Shown here in pieces: positions 39,215 through 49,777 of a stretch of DNA of 64,000 bases. The stretch's first letter is position 1, and every line of letters starts with the position of its first letter. A program made the position numbers and the translations under genes. The DNA lies in the NCBI GenBank assembly GCA_016191085.1, contig JACPPJ010000054.1, positions 24,646-88,645 on the forward strand. The letters are read 5' to 3'. The stretch comes from Acidobacteriota bacterium. GTDB lineage: Bacteria; Acidobacteriota; Terriglobia; 2-12-FULL-54-10. The notes below the pieces were generated by a model. It was not told where the DNA came from, did no database searches, and saw only the letters and a list, made by a program, of their open reading frames with translations.

Positions 39215-42190
39215 TCAGACCAACGGGCCGTCCAGCGCTCGCGCCAGCACCTCGGCGGGGTGCAGCGGTTGTTTTCCGGTGGTGTGGAGAATCTGCTGAC
39301 GGCAGGAGACTCCGCCCGCGACTATCAACCCATCGTGAGGCAATGCGCGCACGGCGGGCGCCAGCCGGCGCTCGGCGATTGCGATTGACACGTCGTAGTG
39401 CTCTTTTTCGAACCCGAATGATCCCGCCATGCCGCAGCAGCCCGAATCCACCTCTTCAACTTGCATACCCGGCACAGAACGGAGGAAACGCAGCGATGGT
39501 TCGCTTCCTACGAGCGCCTTCAAATGACAATGGCCATGGAACAGCGCACGCTGACTGGAGAAATTTAACGCCGGTGAAAACGGGTGCTGGCGGTCGGGGC
39601 TGAGAAACTCTTCGAGAAGAAATGCGTTTTGCGCCACGCGCTTCGATTCCGCTCCGGGGAGCAGGTCAGGATATTCGTCGCGGAACGTCAGCAGGCAGCT
39701 TGGCTCGAGCCCGACAATCGGAATGCGCCGGTCCGCAGCACCCCGCAGCAGAGCAATGTTCGAGCGGGCATTCTCAACGGCGCGGTCCAGCAGCCCCTTC
39801 GAGATCAACGGACGCCCACAGCATTTACCGCTGATGGCGCGGACGGTATATCCAAAAGCTTCCAGAACTCTGGTAGCCGCTATTCCCACTGAGGGATAGA
39901 AATACTCGGTAAACGTATCCACAAACAGTCCAACGGTGGGGCTCTGACTGTCACGACCGGTATCTCTGTGCCTCTGTGCCTCTGTGGCTGCCTCCCTCTC
40001 GGCTAACCAGCGCGAGAATCGTTGCGGCGCCAATGGCGGCAGGGGCCGCCTGCGGTCGATGCCGAGCCAAACTTCCATTGCGCGGCGTATCACGCCATTG
40101 CGAATACTCCAGTTATAAAGCGGGCGTATGCGCGACGCGGCCTCGTTGACCTTTGCTGTTTCGCCGAACAGCCGCGCCCGCCACGGTATGCCATGCTGTT
40201 TGTAATAGCGGCCCAGAAATTCGTATTTCAGCTTGGCCATATCGACGTTCGCGGGGCACTCGCCCTTGCAGCCTTTGCACTCCAGACAAAGGTCGAGCGC
40301 CTGGAACATGCGCTCGGACGTTAGCTCGTCAGAAGGCAATAAACCGGAGATGGCCGACTGCAACAACACGGCGCGGCCGCGCGTCGAATGCTCTTCCTCG
40401 CCCGTGACCATGTAGGAAGGACACATCGTACCGTCGGTGCGCTTACGGCATGCTCCGACGCCGCTGCACATTTCGATGGCGCGAGCGAAACCTCCTTGGC
40501 CACTAAAATCGAACGCAGTTTGGTTCAGATCGAGGTAGGGACGTGCCTCCCGGCCTGTCCCATTGCTAATGGCGGCTCTGAGTCGGAGATTCTGCATGTT
40601 CTCCTGCAGCGAGCTTGCATCCACCACTTTGCCCGGGTTCATCAGACATTCGGGATCAAAGGCACGTTTCAATTCGCCAAACGCATTGTACAGCCGAGGC
40701 CCAAACATCTTCTGGTTGAACGGACTGCGAACCAGGCCGTCGCCGTGCTCACCGCTCAACGAGCCGCCGAACTCCAGCACAAGGTTGCTTACTGCTTCTG
40801 CAATGGACCGGAGTTTCTCCTGCTCGGCGGTCTGCTTCAGGTCTACAAGCGGCCGTATGTGCAGGCATCCCACGCTGGCGTGGGCGTAGAAGCAGGCGGT
40901 GGTCCCGTGTTCCTCCACGATCTGTTTAAAGCGCGCGATGTAGGCGGGGAGTTTTTCAGGAGCGACCGCGGTGTCCTCGACAAAGGTGGCGGGCTTGCGA
41001 TCGCCCACCATGCCAAGGAGCAAACCTTGTCCGGCGTTGCGTACTTTCCACACGTTCGCCTGCGCGGCGGAATCAATCGCCTTCAGAAATGCGTACCCCA
41101 TCCCCGCGCGGCGCAATTTGCCTTCGACCTGATCCAGGCGCGATGCAACCTCCGCGGAGGAATCGCCCGAATACTCGATTAGCAGCAGGGCCGATGGGTC
41201 GCCCTCGACGAAAGTCATGCATCGCCGGTACTCTTGCGTGCTTCGCGTCATCTCCAACACTATTTTGTCGACCAGCTCCACCGCAGATGGTCCCGTCTCC
41301 AGGATCACTTGTGTCGCTTCGAGCGCTTCCATCAATTCGGCGAAGTGCGCCACCAGGAGTGCGGTCGCTTTGGGACGCGGCACCAATCCAATCTCCGCTT
41401 CCACAATGGCGGCCAGCGTTCCCTCTGAGCCCGTGATCACCTGCCCCAAATTGATGCGCTCTCTATTGAGCAGAGTTTCCAGGTTGTACCCGCCCACGCG
41501 ACGCATGATCTTCGGATATCGCGCATTGATCTCCTCGCGATTTTGGTCCGCGATGCGAAAACATTCGCGGTAGATGGCACCCTCGCGGGTCTGCGATTGG
41601 AGCTTGCCATCGAGTTCCAGCGGCGACAGCGGTCCCACCTGCATCGACTCCGCACCGGAAAGCAGCAGGCGAAGACTGTGGACGTAATCCACCGTCTTGC
41701 CATACACGATGGAACGCGATCCGGATGAGTTATTTCCGATCATTCCGCCGATGTTGCACCGTGTGGCGGTAGCCGGATCGGGTGGGAAGAACAGCCCGTG
41801 CGGGCGCAGTCCGCGGTTGAGTTCTTCCAGGACCACGCCTGCTTGCAATTTGACGCGCTTGGCGGCGGCGTCGATTTCGAGTACGCGGTTCATGTACTTG
41901 GAAAAATCGAAGACTACTGCATGCCCAATCGCCTGACCCGCCAGACTGGTTCCGCCCCCGCGCGGCAACACCGGTGTCTTATACTTTGCGGTGATCTCCA
42001 TGGCTGCCGCCACATCTTCCTTGGTTCGTGGAATCACAACCCCGATGGGTTCGATTCTGAAGATGCTGGCATCCGTGGAGTACAGAGCGCGCGAGTAAGC
42101 GTCGAACCGGACCTCGCCTGCAACGACCTTCTTCAGGTCGTTTTCCAAATCCCGATAAGTTGTGTTCTGATGGCCTGATTTGACTTGCAT
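39215..42190 (-). CDS. FAD-binding and Fe-S-binding oxidoreductase (GlcD/GlcF fusion, YdiJ-like 2-hydroxyacid dehydrogenase)
   Basis: PRGGGTSLAGQ, GSEGTL, HASVGCLH, SGEHGDG, CSGVGAC, CLECKGCKGECP and two CCG motifs. Start ATG 42190. Confidence 0.93.
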   Translation of the reverse strand: MQVKSGHQNTTYRDLENDLKKVVAGEVRFDAYSRALYSTDASIFRIEPIGVVIPRTKEDVAAAMEITAKYKTPVLPRGGGTSLAGQAIGHAVVFDFSKYMNRVLEIDAAAKRVKLQAGVVLEELNRGLRPHGLFFPPDPATATRCNIGGMIGNNSSGSRSIVYGKTVDYVHSLRLLLSGAESMQVGPLSPLELDGKLQSQTREGAIYRECFRIADQNREEINARYPKIMRRVGGYNLETLLNRERINLGQVITGSEGTLAAIVEAEIGLVPRPKATALLVAHFAELMEALEATQVILETGPSAVELVDKIVLEMTRSTQEYRRCMTFVEGDPSALLLIEYSGDSSAEVASRLDQVEGKLRRAGMGYAFLKAIDSAAQANVWKVRNAGQGLLLGMVGDRKPATFVEDTAVAPEKLPAYIARFKQIVEEHGTTACFYAHASVGCLHIRPLVDLKQTAEQEKLRSIAEAVSNLVLEFGGSLSGEHGDGLVRSPFNQKMFGPRLYNAFGELKRAFDPECLMNPGKVVDASSLQENMQNLRLRAAISNGTGREARPYLDLNQTAFDFSGQGGFARAIEMCSGVGACRKRTDGTMCPSYMVTGEEEHSTRGRAVLLQSAISGLLPSDELTSERMFQALDLCLECKGCKGECPANVDMAKLKYEFLGRYYKQHGIPWRARLFGETAKVNEAASRIRPLYNWSIRNGVIRRAMEVWLGIDRRRPLPPLAPQRFSRWLAEREAATEAQRHRDTGRDSQSPTVGLFVDTFTEYFYPSVGIAATRVLEAFGYTVRAISGKCCGRPLISKGLLDRAVENARSNIALLRGAADRRIPIVGLEPSCLLTFRDEYPDLLPGAESKRVAQNAFLLEEFLSPDRQHPFSPALNFSSQRALFHGHCHLKALVGSEPSLRFLRSVPGMQVEEVDSGCCGMAGSFGFEKEHYDVSIAIAERRLAPAVRALPHDGLIVAGGVSCRQQILHTTGKQPLHPAEVLARALDGPLV
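39964..39989. repeat. CTCTGTG repeat inserted in-frame in the FAD/Fe-S oxidoreductase
   Basis: CTCTGTGCCTCTGTGCCTCTGTGGCT encodes ATEAQRHR in an inter-domain linker; 18/18 inverted match to 16943-16960. Confidence 0.68.
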
Positions 42191-42256
42191 TGAGCGAAAC
42201 CGATCCCCGTCTTGCGCATTCCGGCGCCGCTGCGCCTTAGCCAAAAAAACAGGTAG

Positions 42257-42446
42257 TGGGTCAGTTTGAAAACGGAAGGGCACGACTTCAGTCGTGCCGG
42301 TGCAATTAGCAAAGCGAGGCGCTTCAGCGCCTGAGGTGCAGACCTCAGAGGCTAAAGCCGCGTCGATGCATTCCGTTTCGGCATGGCTGAAGCCGATGCC
42401 CTTCCGGATTTCACGGATCAGAAGCGCCGAAATTCAAACTGACCCA
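42257..42446. repeat. Nested palindromic REP/MITE-like element
   Basis: Outer perfect 14-bp IR TGGGTCAGTTTGAA / TTCAAACTGACCCA. Inner inverted REP pair CGGAAGGGCACGACTTCAGTCGTGCCG / CGGCATGGCTGAAGCCGATGCCCTTCCG. Central CTGAGGT/ACCTCAG pair. Confidence 0.8.
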
Positions 42447-42554
42447 GCACCAAAAAACATACTACTACCCAACGGATCGTGTGTGTTGTGCTAAAATCCG
42501 AGGAAAGTTTTGATTTGCTCCGGGCGGTGAGGAGGCGTTTGTAAGAAGGGTTGC

Positions 42555-43184
42555 ATGTCAGGTGGGCCTACTGTGCTGAAAGCGAATGCTGTGAGCAAGA
42601 ATTTCTCGCGACTAATTGGGTCGATGCTGTGCGTAATGTTCATTGCTACGCTGATGCAGGCGCAGTCGGGGGACAATTCCTTTTCGCCGCCTCCTCAATT
42701 GATCGGCCAAGCGGCTCCGGCGTGGACGACCCAAGCATGGGTGAACGTCCCCTCGCTCGATCTGAAGCAGCTTCGCGGGCGCACCGTTTTGTTGCGTTTC
42801 CTAAATGATGCCGCGGCCAGCGCGGCGGCCCTCAACCGCTTTCATCAGCTCTATACATCGCGCGGTCTGACTGTGGTGGCAATCTACACTCCAACGCCGT
42901 TCCCAACTGCAGTGAGCAAAGACCATGTGCGCGAGATGGCTGCGACACACGGAATCCAGTTTCCTATTGGACTCGATCCGCACTGGGAAACCCTCAACCG
43001 TTATTGGCTGGATCGCGCTGACGCGGAACTTACGGCGACGACCTTCCTCATTGATAGCAAGGGTGTGATTAGATACGTACAACCCGACGGCAATTATGCT
43101 AAAGATTCACCGAGTCGAAACTCGCGCCGGGAGTACGCCAAGTTGGAGAAGGAAATTCAGATTCTCTTGAAATCGGTTCAATGA
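42555..43184 (+). CDS. Exported TlpA/redoxin-fold protein lacking the CxxC motif
   Basis: LIGQAAPAW, LDLKQLRGRTVLLRF, FPIGLD and TTFLIDSKGVIRY. No Cys after the signal peptide. Confidence 0.75.
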   Translation: MSGGPTVLKANAVSKNFSRLIGSMLCVMFIATLMQAQSGDNSFSPPPQLIGQAAPAWTTQAWVNVPSLDLKQLRGRTVLLRFLNDAAASAAALNRFHQLYTSRGLTVVAIYTPTPFPTAVSKDHVREMAATHGIQFPIGLDPHWETLNRYWLDRADAELTATTFLIDSKGVIRYVQPDGNYAKDSPSRNSRREYAKLEKEIQILLKSVQ

Positions 43185-43253
43185 TGGGCGACGGCAGTGC
43201 ACACTGAACTTGCTCTGATCTAGACTAAGGAACAGGAAATTTGGGGAGAGCTT

Positions 43254-43589
43254 ATGAATTTAGGCGAATCGATCCGCCACATCCGGCAAGCGAAAGGACT
43301 GTCTCAAGGAGAGATGCAAAAGCGCACTGGCATTCTGCGGTCGTATCTCTCCCGCGTCGAGAACGGCCACACAGTGCCATCATTCGCAACCTTGCAACGT
43401 TTGGCTGCTGCGATGGAGGTAGCTTTGGCGGATTTCTTCCCGCACGAGGATGGAGCCGCGATCCCTCCCGGCCACGCCTCGACGGATTACCTGCAGGAAC
43501 TGAAGAACTACATACCACGTCTTTCGCCAGAGCAGCGCGTTGAAGTGCTTGAGATGATCAAAGCGATGGCGCACGGCGCAAAACACTGA
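43254..43589 (+). CDS. XRE-family HTH transcriptional regulator
   Basis: IRQAKGLSQGEM..RTGILRSYLSRVENGHTVPS, with GGGGAG RBS. Confidence 0.92.
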   Translation: MNLGESIRHIRQAKGLSQGEMQKRTGILRSYLSRVENGHTVPSFATLQRLAAAMEVALADFFPHEDGAAIPPGHASTDYLQELKNYIPRLSPEQRVEVLEMIKAMAHGAKH

Positions 43590-43799
43590 CTGCCGGAACC
43601 TATGGCTATTGAATGCCCACGGAAACGCGAAATCCACAAGAAAATCAAGGGCATTGACGCGGCAGCCAAGGCTCGGCCTCACCATAGTGAGAGTGAAACG
43701 CACGTTCGGTTTTTACGCGTAGGTGAGGGAGTCTAATTTCAACACCGATTCCTGAAGTTATTCCACGACGCGCGCGATACGGACTCGGGGCGCGAATGC

Positions 43800-45131
43800 T
43801 CAATGCGCGGCGGCAGCGGTCTTCGCTTCACCGGCGACAGACTCGAATGCATGCCGTGCAGCCTTTAGCGTGGCGTCGATGTCAGGTTCGGTGTGGGCGG
43901 CTGAGACAAATGCCGCCTCAAACTGCGATGGCGGCAGAAGCACTCCTTCTTCGAGCATGGCTCGGAAAAAGGATGCGAACCGTTCGCGGTCGGCGGTGCA
44001 TGCCGAATCGAAATCTGTGACCGGCTGCGAGGTGAAAAATACCGTGAACATCGAACCAACTCTGTTGATCGTTACAGCTACTCCCGCTGCACGCGCGAGA
44101 TCGTTCAGTCCCGTAATCAGCCGCTCTGTGCGAACATCTATCTCGGTATAAATACTGGGCCTGCGACGTAACTCTTCCAGCATGGCGATGCCTGCGGCTA
44201 CAGCAAGCGGGTTGCCCGCCAACGTGCCGGCCTGATATACGGCGCCTTCGGGAGCCACCGAGTTCATGATTTCGGCGCGTCCGCCATAGGCCCCCACCGG
44301 CAGACCGCCGCCGATAATCTTTCCTAGTGTGGTCAGATCGGGTTTGATGCCGGACAGTCCCTGCACTCCGCCATAGCTTAGCCGGAACCCCGTCATCACT
44401 TCGTCCAAAATCAGCAATGCCCCGTCGGCGGCCGTAATTTCACGCAGGAATTGCAAGTAGCCGCTGGCCGGAGGGACGCATCCCATATTTCCCACCACGG
44501 GCTCTACGATCACTGCCGCGATCTTGCCCGCGTGCATGGCGAATGCATCCCTCAGGGCGCGTTCGTCATTGTATGGGAGGGCAATTGTGAGCTGGGTAAA
44601 CTCGGCCGGGACTCCCGCCGATTCCGGCAGAGAAAATGTCGCGACCCCGGACCCGGCTTTGACGAGCAGTGAATCCACGTGCCCGTGATAGCAGCCGATG
44701 AACTTGACGATTAAGTTGCGTCGGGTAAATCCCCGCGCCAGGCGAATCGCGCTCATGGTTGCTTCTGTGCCGGAGTTGACCAGGCGAATTTTTTCTATGG
44801 AAGGAACCGCTTCTGTGATCAGCTGCGATAATCGAATCTCCGGCTCCGTCGGCAGACCGAAACCCGCGCCACGCTCTAACGCGTCACGGACCGCCCTCTC
44901 CACATCCGGGTGAGCATGTCCCAGGATCAGCGGTCCCCAGCCACCGATGTAGTCAATGTAGTGATTGCCGTCAGCATCAATGACTTTGGAGCCGCGGCCA
45001 CGAACGGCGAACACTGGCGCGCTTCCCACGGCGCCGAAAGCGCGTACGGGAGAATTGACTCCGCCGGGAATCAGCGCCTTGGCGCGTTCAAATAGCTCGG
45101 CGGATCGGACGCGTTTCGGAGTAATCTTCAT
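43800..45131 (-). CDS. hemL: Glutamate-1-semialdehyde 2,1-aminomutase
   Basis: [44 protein letters not shown] and PSQFEA. Confidence 0.97.
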   Translation of the reverse strand: MKITPKRVRSAELFERAKALIPGGVNSPVRAFGAVGSAPVFAVRGRGSKVIDADGNHYIDYIGGWGPLILGHAHPDVERAVRDALERGAGFGLPTEPEIRLSQLITEAVPSIEKIRLVNSGTEATMSAIRLARGFTRRNLIVKFIGCYHGHVDSLLVKAGSGVATFSLPESAGVPAEFTQLTIALPYNDERALRDAFAMHAGKIAAVIVEPVVGNMGCVPPASGYLQFLREITAADGALLILDEVMTGFRLSYGGVQGLSGIKPDLTTLGKIIGGGLPVGAYGGRAEIMNSVAPEGAVYQAGTLAGNPLAVAAGIAMLEELRRRPSIYTEIDVRTERLITGLNDLARAAGVAVTINRVGSMFTVFFTSQPVTDFDSACTADRERFASFFRAMLEEGVLLPPSQFEAAFVSAAHTEPDIDATLKAARHAFESVAGEAKTAAAAH

Positions 45132-45262
45132 AGCTTCAAAAACTCGACCAGTCGTTCACATACAGAAGATTATTTATTGTATCACGCGGTCCCAGTGGCA
45201 TTCGCGCGCGGCAACCGCGCATCGGCGACATTCGGCTACAATGAAACCAGGGCCCGTTGAGC

Positions 45263-48200
45263 ATGGCCACGCATCATCCAGTCAGAGACCTGCTGCTCGA
45301 AGCCGCTTCGAGCAATGAATTTCAGGGAGTAGTGCGCGAATTCACAAACGCGCAGAATGATGGGGCGGCTCACGCGGGGGTTAACGCCTCCGGTCTTACC
45401 GCCGTGGCGAAGACGCTGTTCGCCGCTTTATTGCAATACGCGGTGCGGCAGCCGCTGCTGTATGTGGTTCGATCAAACCGTGACGCCGAGCAGGCCCTGG
45501 ATCTGCTGGAGACGTGGGCGAAATTTTTGGGCTTCCCCGCACCCGTCTTTATCCCTGCACACGACATCCGGCCGTATCAGCGATTGTCGCCGCACGCCGA
45601 CATCAGCGAGAAGCGCGCCCTGGGGCTGGCAAAACTTGTCGCCGGCCAGGCATCGCTCGTCGTCATTCCAGCCGTCGCGATGGCGGAGTTGCTGCAACCT
45701 CCTGAGTTTTATCGCGGGCTGCCGCGCTACGTCCGCACGGGCGACCAGATTGACCTGGACGAATTACTGGAGCACCTCAGGTCCGTAGGCTACGCGCCTC
45801 ACGACCCCGTCGAGATGACGGGACAGTTCTCGGTGAGGGGCGGCATTCTGGACGTCTTCTCACCGGAAACTGCAAGACCCGCGCGCCTGGAGCTTCTGGA
45901 CGACACGGTCGAATCGATTCGCGAATTCGATCCTGGTACGCAGCGCTCCGTTGGTGCGGTGGAGCGCGCAGCTATGTTGCCGCTCACCGATTTTCCGTTG
46001 AGCAAAGATCTGCTCAGCGAAGTGGCCGCACTAGCCAAGGGATTCCGCACGGATATTTACATTCCCGGCGAACCGTTTCCCGGCTGGGAGTTTCTGATTG
46101 CCCTGCTGCGCCCCCTAAAGCACACCATTCTGGATTTATGTCCCGGCGGAATGCTGTTCCTCGACGAGCCGCAGGAGCTGCGTCAGGAAATAGAACGGTT
46201 CTGGATGCTCGTAGAGCCGGAGTTCGACGACATCCGCAAGCAGGGCAAGCCTGCGGCCGCGCCGCGCCAGCTTTACGTGCGCCCGCAGGATTTCTTGCGC
46301 CGGCTGGCCTCCCGCCCGGTCGTGAACGCGCAAGAGTTCGATTTACGATCGCCTGAAACGCGCGCCGCGAGCGCCGATAGGACTGCCGTGCACGTGCACT
46401 TCGCTACCCGGCAATCGCCTCGCTTCCACGGCAACCTCCAGCTTTCGCTTGCCGAACTCAAGAAAGCTCTCGAAGACGAATACCGCATTTTGGTCCTGAC
46501 TACCGGTCAGGGAGAGAGCGAACGTCTCGCGGAGCTATTTGCTGAGAACCAATTCCCTTTCCATTTCGGCGAGCGTCGAAGCGACGGAGCGGGCTACCAG
46601 GAAAATGTGGCTGCGGAGTTCTCCGTGCCAGCTTGCTGGATCGCCAGGGGCGCTGCGGCCGCCGGCGTGATGCTGCCGTCCAGCAAGCTCTTGATACTCG
46701 GCAATCAGGATTTGTTTGATACTTCTGCGGCGGCTGGGCGGCCCGCGCCTTCGCGCTCGAAAGTCTCCACGTTTCTTTCCGATTTCCGCGATCTGGAACC
46801 GGGCGACCTGGTGGTGCATGTGGAGCACGGCATCGGGAGCTTTCGCGGGCTGAAACAAATATCGCATGACACCGCTACGGAAGAGTTCATGGAGCTGGAG
46901 TACGCGGAAGGAGCGCGACTCTATGTGCCGCTTACACGACTGGACCTGGTGCAAAAATATCGCACGCTCGATGCGGACGGACATCCGCCGCTCGACAGAC
47001 TGGGCGGCACCTCATGGGCGCGTACCAAGGCGCGAGTGCGGAAGTCCATGCAGGACATGGCGGCCGAGTTGTTGAAGCTCTACGCGGAGCGCAAAGTGGC
47101 TGCCGGAAATCCTTATCCGGAAGACACTCCATGGCAGAGGGAGTTTGAGCAGTCCTTCGAGTTCGAAGAGACGCCGGACCAGCTTGCCACCATCGATGAT
47201 GTGCGGCGTGATATGGCCAAGGCGGAGCCGATGGACCGCCTCATCTGTGGCGACGTGGGGTATGGCAAGACGGAGGTGGCCATGCGCGCCGCGTTCCGCG
47301 CTGTCACTCACAGCAAGCAGGTGGCGGTACTCGCGCCCACCACTGTGCTCGCATTCCAGCACTACGAAACTTTCCGGCGGCGTTTTGGCGCATTTCCCAT
47401 TAAAATTGAGTTGCTTAGCCGGTTTCGCACTGCGGCACAGCAGAAGGCGACGCTCAAAGATGTGGAAGCCGGCAAGGTGGACATCGTCATCGGCACCCAC
47501 CGGCTGTTGTCGAAAGACGTGGTCTTTCACGACCTGGGCCTGCTCGTCGTGGATGAAGAACAGCGCTTCGGAGTTCGGCACAAAGAGCGGCTGAAGGCGA
47601 TGAAAAAATCCGTTGACGTGCTGGCCCTGTCCGCTACGCCCATCCCGCGCACGCTGCACATGTCGCTGGTGGGACTGCGCGACATGTCTGTAATCGAAAC
47701 CCCCCCACGTGACCGTCTCGCGATTCAGACGGTGGTCGCCCCCTTCAGCGAGCAGATCGTGAAGACCGCCATCGAGCAGGAACTGGAGCGTGGCGGTCAA
47801 GTCTACTTCATTCACAATCGCATTGAGTCGCTCTACAGCATTGCCGCGCTGGTGCAGCGGCTGGTGCCGCATGCACGCGTTGCCACGGCGCACGGACAGA
47901 TGGGCGAACGGCAGCTCGAAAAAGTGATGTTCCAGTTTGTCCGTCAGGAGGCGAACGTCCTCGTTACCACCACCATTGTGGAAAACGGCCTGGACATTCC
48001 TATGGCGAACACCATCCTTGTGAATCGCGCTGATCGCCACGGATTGGCGGAGTTGTATCAGTTGCGCGGCAGAGTCGGCAGATCCAATCGCCGCGCATAT
48101 GCCTACCTGCTGGTACCCGAAGAAACCGAACTCACACCGTTGGCGCGGCGGCGGCTAAGCGCCCTGCGCGAGTTCACGGAACTGGGCTCAGGATTCCGGG

Positions 48201-48781
48201 TGGCTGCCCTCGATATGGAATTGCGCGGCGCCGGCAATCTGCTCGGTGGCCAGCAGCACGGGCACGTGAATGCGGTGGGTTTCGAGCTCTACTGCCAAAT
48301 GCTGGAACAGGCGGTGCAGGATCTGAAAGGCGAAGAGCGGCAGCCGGAGGTCTCTACCACAATCAACTTGGGGCTCGATGTCCGCATTCCGGCCGATTAC
48401 ATTCCTGAGGAGCACCAGCGCTTGCGAATGTATAAGACGATCGGCCGCATCCGCAGCCAGGACGAACGGGAGAGAGTGGAACAGGAACTCGTCGACCGCT
48501 ATGGTGCGCCGCCGGAGCAGGTGCGAAACCTGCTCGAGTATGCCAGCCTCAAGTCAGCGGCGCAGCGTCTGTGGATCCAGTCTATCGAGCGGAAGAACGA
48601 GGTACTGCAGATTCATTTTCATCCCAATGCGCCCGTCGAGCCGGAGCGGTTAATGAAATTCATTTCCAGCCATCCCGAGGCACGGTTTACGCCTTCTGGA
48701 GTGCTGACGTTAACTCTGGGTCGAAACTCGCACGAACTGCTATCGCGCTCGCAGGAAATGCTGCAACAACTCCAGGTGTGA
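45263..48781 (+). CDS. mfd: Transcription-repair coupling factor
   Basis: RGGILD, CarD-like VVHVEHGIG, CGDVGYGKTEVA, DEEQRFG, SATPIPRT, QLRGRVGRS and a TRCF C-terminus. Confidence 0.98.
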   Translation: MATHHPVRDLLLEAASSNEFQGVVREFTNAQNDGAAHAGVNASGLTAVAKTLFAALLQYAVRQPLLYVVRSNRDAEQALDLLETWAKFLGFPAPVFIPAHDIRPYQRLSPHADISEKRALGLAKLVAGQASLVVIPAVAMAELLQPPEFYRGLPRYVRTGDQIDLDELLEHLRSVGYAPHDPVEMTGQFSVRGGILDVFSPETARPARLELLDDTVESIREFDPGTQRSVGAVERAAMLPLTDFPLSKDLLSEVAALAKGFRTDIYIPGEPFPGWEFLIALLRPLKHTILDLCPGGMLFLDEPQELRQEIERFWMLVEPEFDDIRKQGKPAAAPRQLYVRPQDFLRRLASRPVVNAQEFDLRSPETRAASADRTAVHVHFATRQSPRFHGNLQLSLAELKKALEDEYRILVLTTGQGESERLAELFAENQFPFHFGERRSDGAGYQENVAAEFSVPACWIARGAAAAGVMLPSSKLLILGNQDLFDTSAAAGRPAPSRSKVSTFLSDFRDLEPGDLVVHVEHGIGSFRGLKQISHDTATEEFMELEYAEGARLYVPLTRLDLVQKYRTLDADGHPPLDRLGGTSWARTKARVRKSMQDMAAELLKLYAERKVAAGNPYPEDTPWQREFEQSFEFEETPDQLATIDDVRRDMAKAEPMDRLICGDVGYGKTEVAMRAAFRAVTHSKQVAVLAPTTVLAFQHYETFRRRFGAFPIKIELLSRFRTAAQQKATLKDVEAGKVDIVIGTHRLLSKDVVFHDLGLLVVDEEQRFGVRHKERLKAMKKSVDVLALSATPIPRTLHMSLVGLRDMSVIETPPRDRLAIQTVVAPFSEQIVKTAIEQELERGGQVYFIHNRIESLYSIAALVQRLVPHARVATAHGQMGERQLEKVMFQFVRQEANVLVTTTIVENGLDIPMANTILVNRADRHGLAELYQLRGRVGRSNRRAYAYLLVPEETELTPLARRRLSALREFTELGSGFRVAALDMELRGAGNLLGGQQHGHVNAVGFELYCQMLEQAVQDLKGEERQPEVSTTINLGLDVRIPADYIPEEHQRLRMYKTIGRIRSQDERERVEQELVDRYGAPPEQVRNLLEYASLKSAAQRLWIQSIERKNEVLQIHFHPNAPVEPERLMKFISSHPEARFTPSGVLTLTLGRNSHELLSRSQEMLQQLQV

Positions 48782-48882
48782 TGCGCCCGGCGGGAGATCA
48801 CAGTCCATGTGGCGCGCGCATTCCGAGATGACGAAACCGGAGGGTAATGTTAATCTAAGAACGTAGTGTCGTGTTCCGCAAG

Positions 48883-48969
48883 GCTGGAGTGGCGGAATTG
48901 GCAGACGCACCAGACTCAAAATCTGGCGCTCTTCGGAGCGTGGGGGTTCAACTCCCCCCTCCAGCACCA
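48883..48969 (+). tRNA. tRNA-Leu (CAA)
   Basis: Acceptor GCTGGAG/CTCCAGC plus ACCA; anticodon arm CCAGA-CTCAAAA-TCTGG; long variable arm; T-loop GGTTCAACTCC. Confidence 0.96.
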
Positions 48970-49057
48970 TAGTAACGCTTTCTGCTTTGATAGCATTCCT
49001 CTTGTCTCCCGCGGTGTCTCGCGCGTGGTGCGGGTTTTCCATACTAAGGAGCTTTGA

Positions 49058-49396
49058 ATGGTTATCTCCAAGAACTCATCCGCGGCGATCGTCGTTGATC
49101 GGGACTGGGCCAACCTGGCAGGGGTGCGCATATTTCTGCGGCGATATCAGGACCCCTCGAAGGAAGTAAAAGGCTCAGATACCAGTCATCTCATTCTCGC
49201 GAAGATATTGGAATCTGAGGACCGTCATGGCCTTTGGGTGGAAATGCGCGCGGACAAAGTTCCAGCAGACCAGGTCTCTAAACCCTTAACGCTGATGATT
49301 CCCTGGACAAAGATCACTGCGATAGCTCTTACGGAAGACTGGACGCCGGCGCTCCAGGAAGAAATGCGGCAAATCGGTTTCGTAGGACGGGCGTAA
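49058..49396 (+). CDS. Hypothetical protein
   Basis: 112-aa ORF with AAGGAG RBS and protein-like composition; no motif recognised. Confidence 0.65.
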   Translation: MVISKNSSAAIVVDRDWANLAGVRIFLRRYQDPSKEVKGSDTSHLILAKILESEDRHGLWVEMRADKVPADQVSKPLTLMIPWTKITAIALTEDWTPALQEEMRQIGFVGRA

Positions 49397-49480
49397 CTTA
49401 TTTTTCACCCGCTCAATCAGGCATGGCCAATCAGCACGCCAGCCTGGAAGCAAACCAATCTAATAAGCACCTGCACGAAA

Positions 49481-49654
49481 TCAGTTCTCATCGTCTAATT
49501 CGCTCGATTCTTCACCAGCCAACTCGACTTGAATTGCTTCCACGTCGAACGTTCGCGGGCCGTCAGTGGTCTGGACGCGTGCGACTAATTTGGGTGGGTG
49601 GTGAGCAGGCAACATTCCGTAGATGTATACGTGTTCGATATCAATTTTCACCAT
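49481..49654 (-). CDS. Small hypothetical protein (57 aa)
   Basis: AGGAGG RBS 6 nt before ATG 49654; acidic tail. Confidence 0.5.
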   Translation of the reverse strand: MVKIDIEHVYIYGMLPAHHPPKLVARVQTTDGPRTFDVEAIQVELAGEESSELDDEN

Positions 49655-49777
49655 GGAGTACCTCCTGCGGGCTGTGATTGCACTCATGGTACAGAAGTAG
49701 TCCGGGTCCACCAATAGAGCGCAAGTAGTGTTTTCGAGTGCGACTTTCGATCTATCAGAGGGCGGGCAGAAGGAGGG

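Noticed and set aside
43590-43800. Possible structured ncRNA (6S-like) between the convergent XRE and hemL genes
   Set aside because: Only short, imperfect end-pairing was found by eye; an Infernal/Rfam search is needed.
47012-48040. 342-aa minus-strand ORF (similarly 1169-2032, 3057-4028, 17948-18832, 34019-34918, 56369-57178)
   Set aside because: Each overlaps a confidently identified gene and has no recognisable domain.
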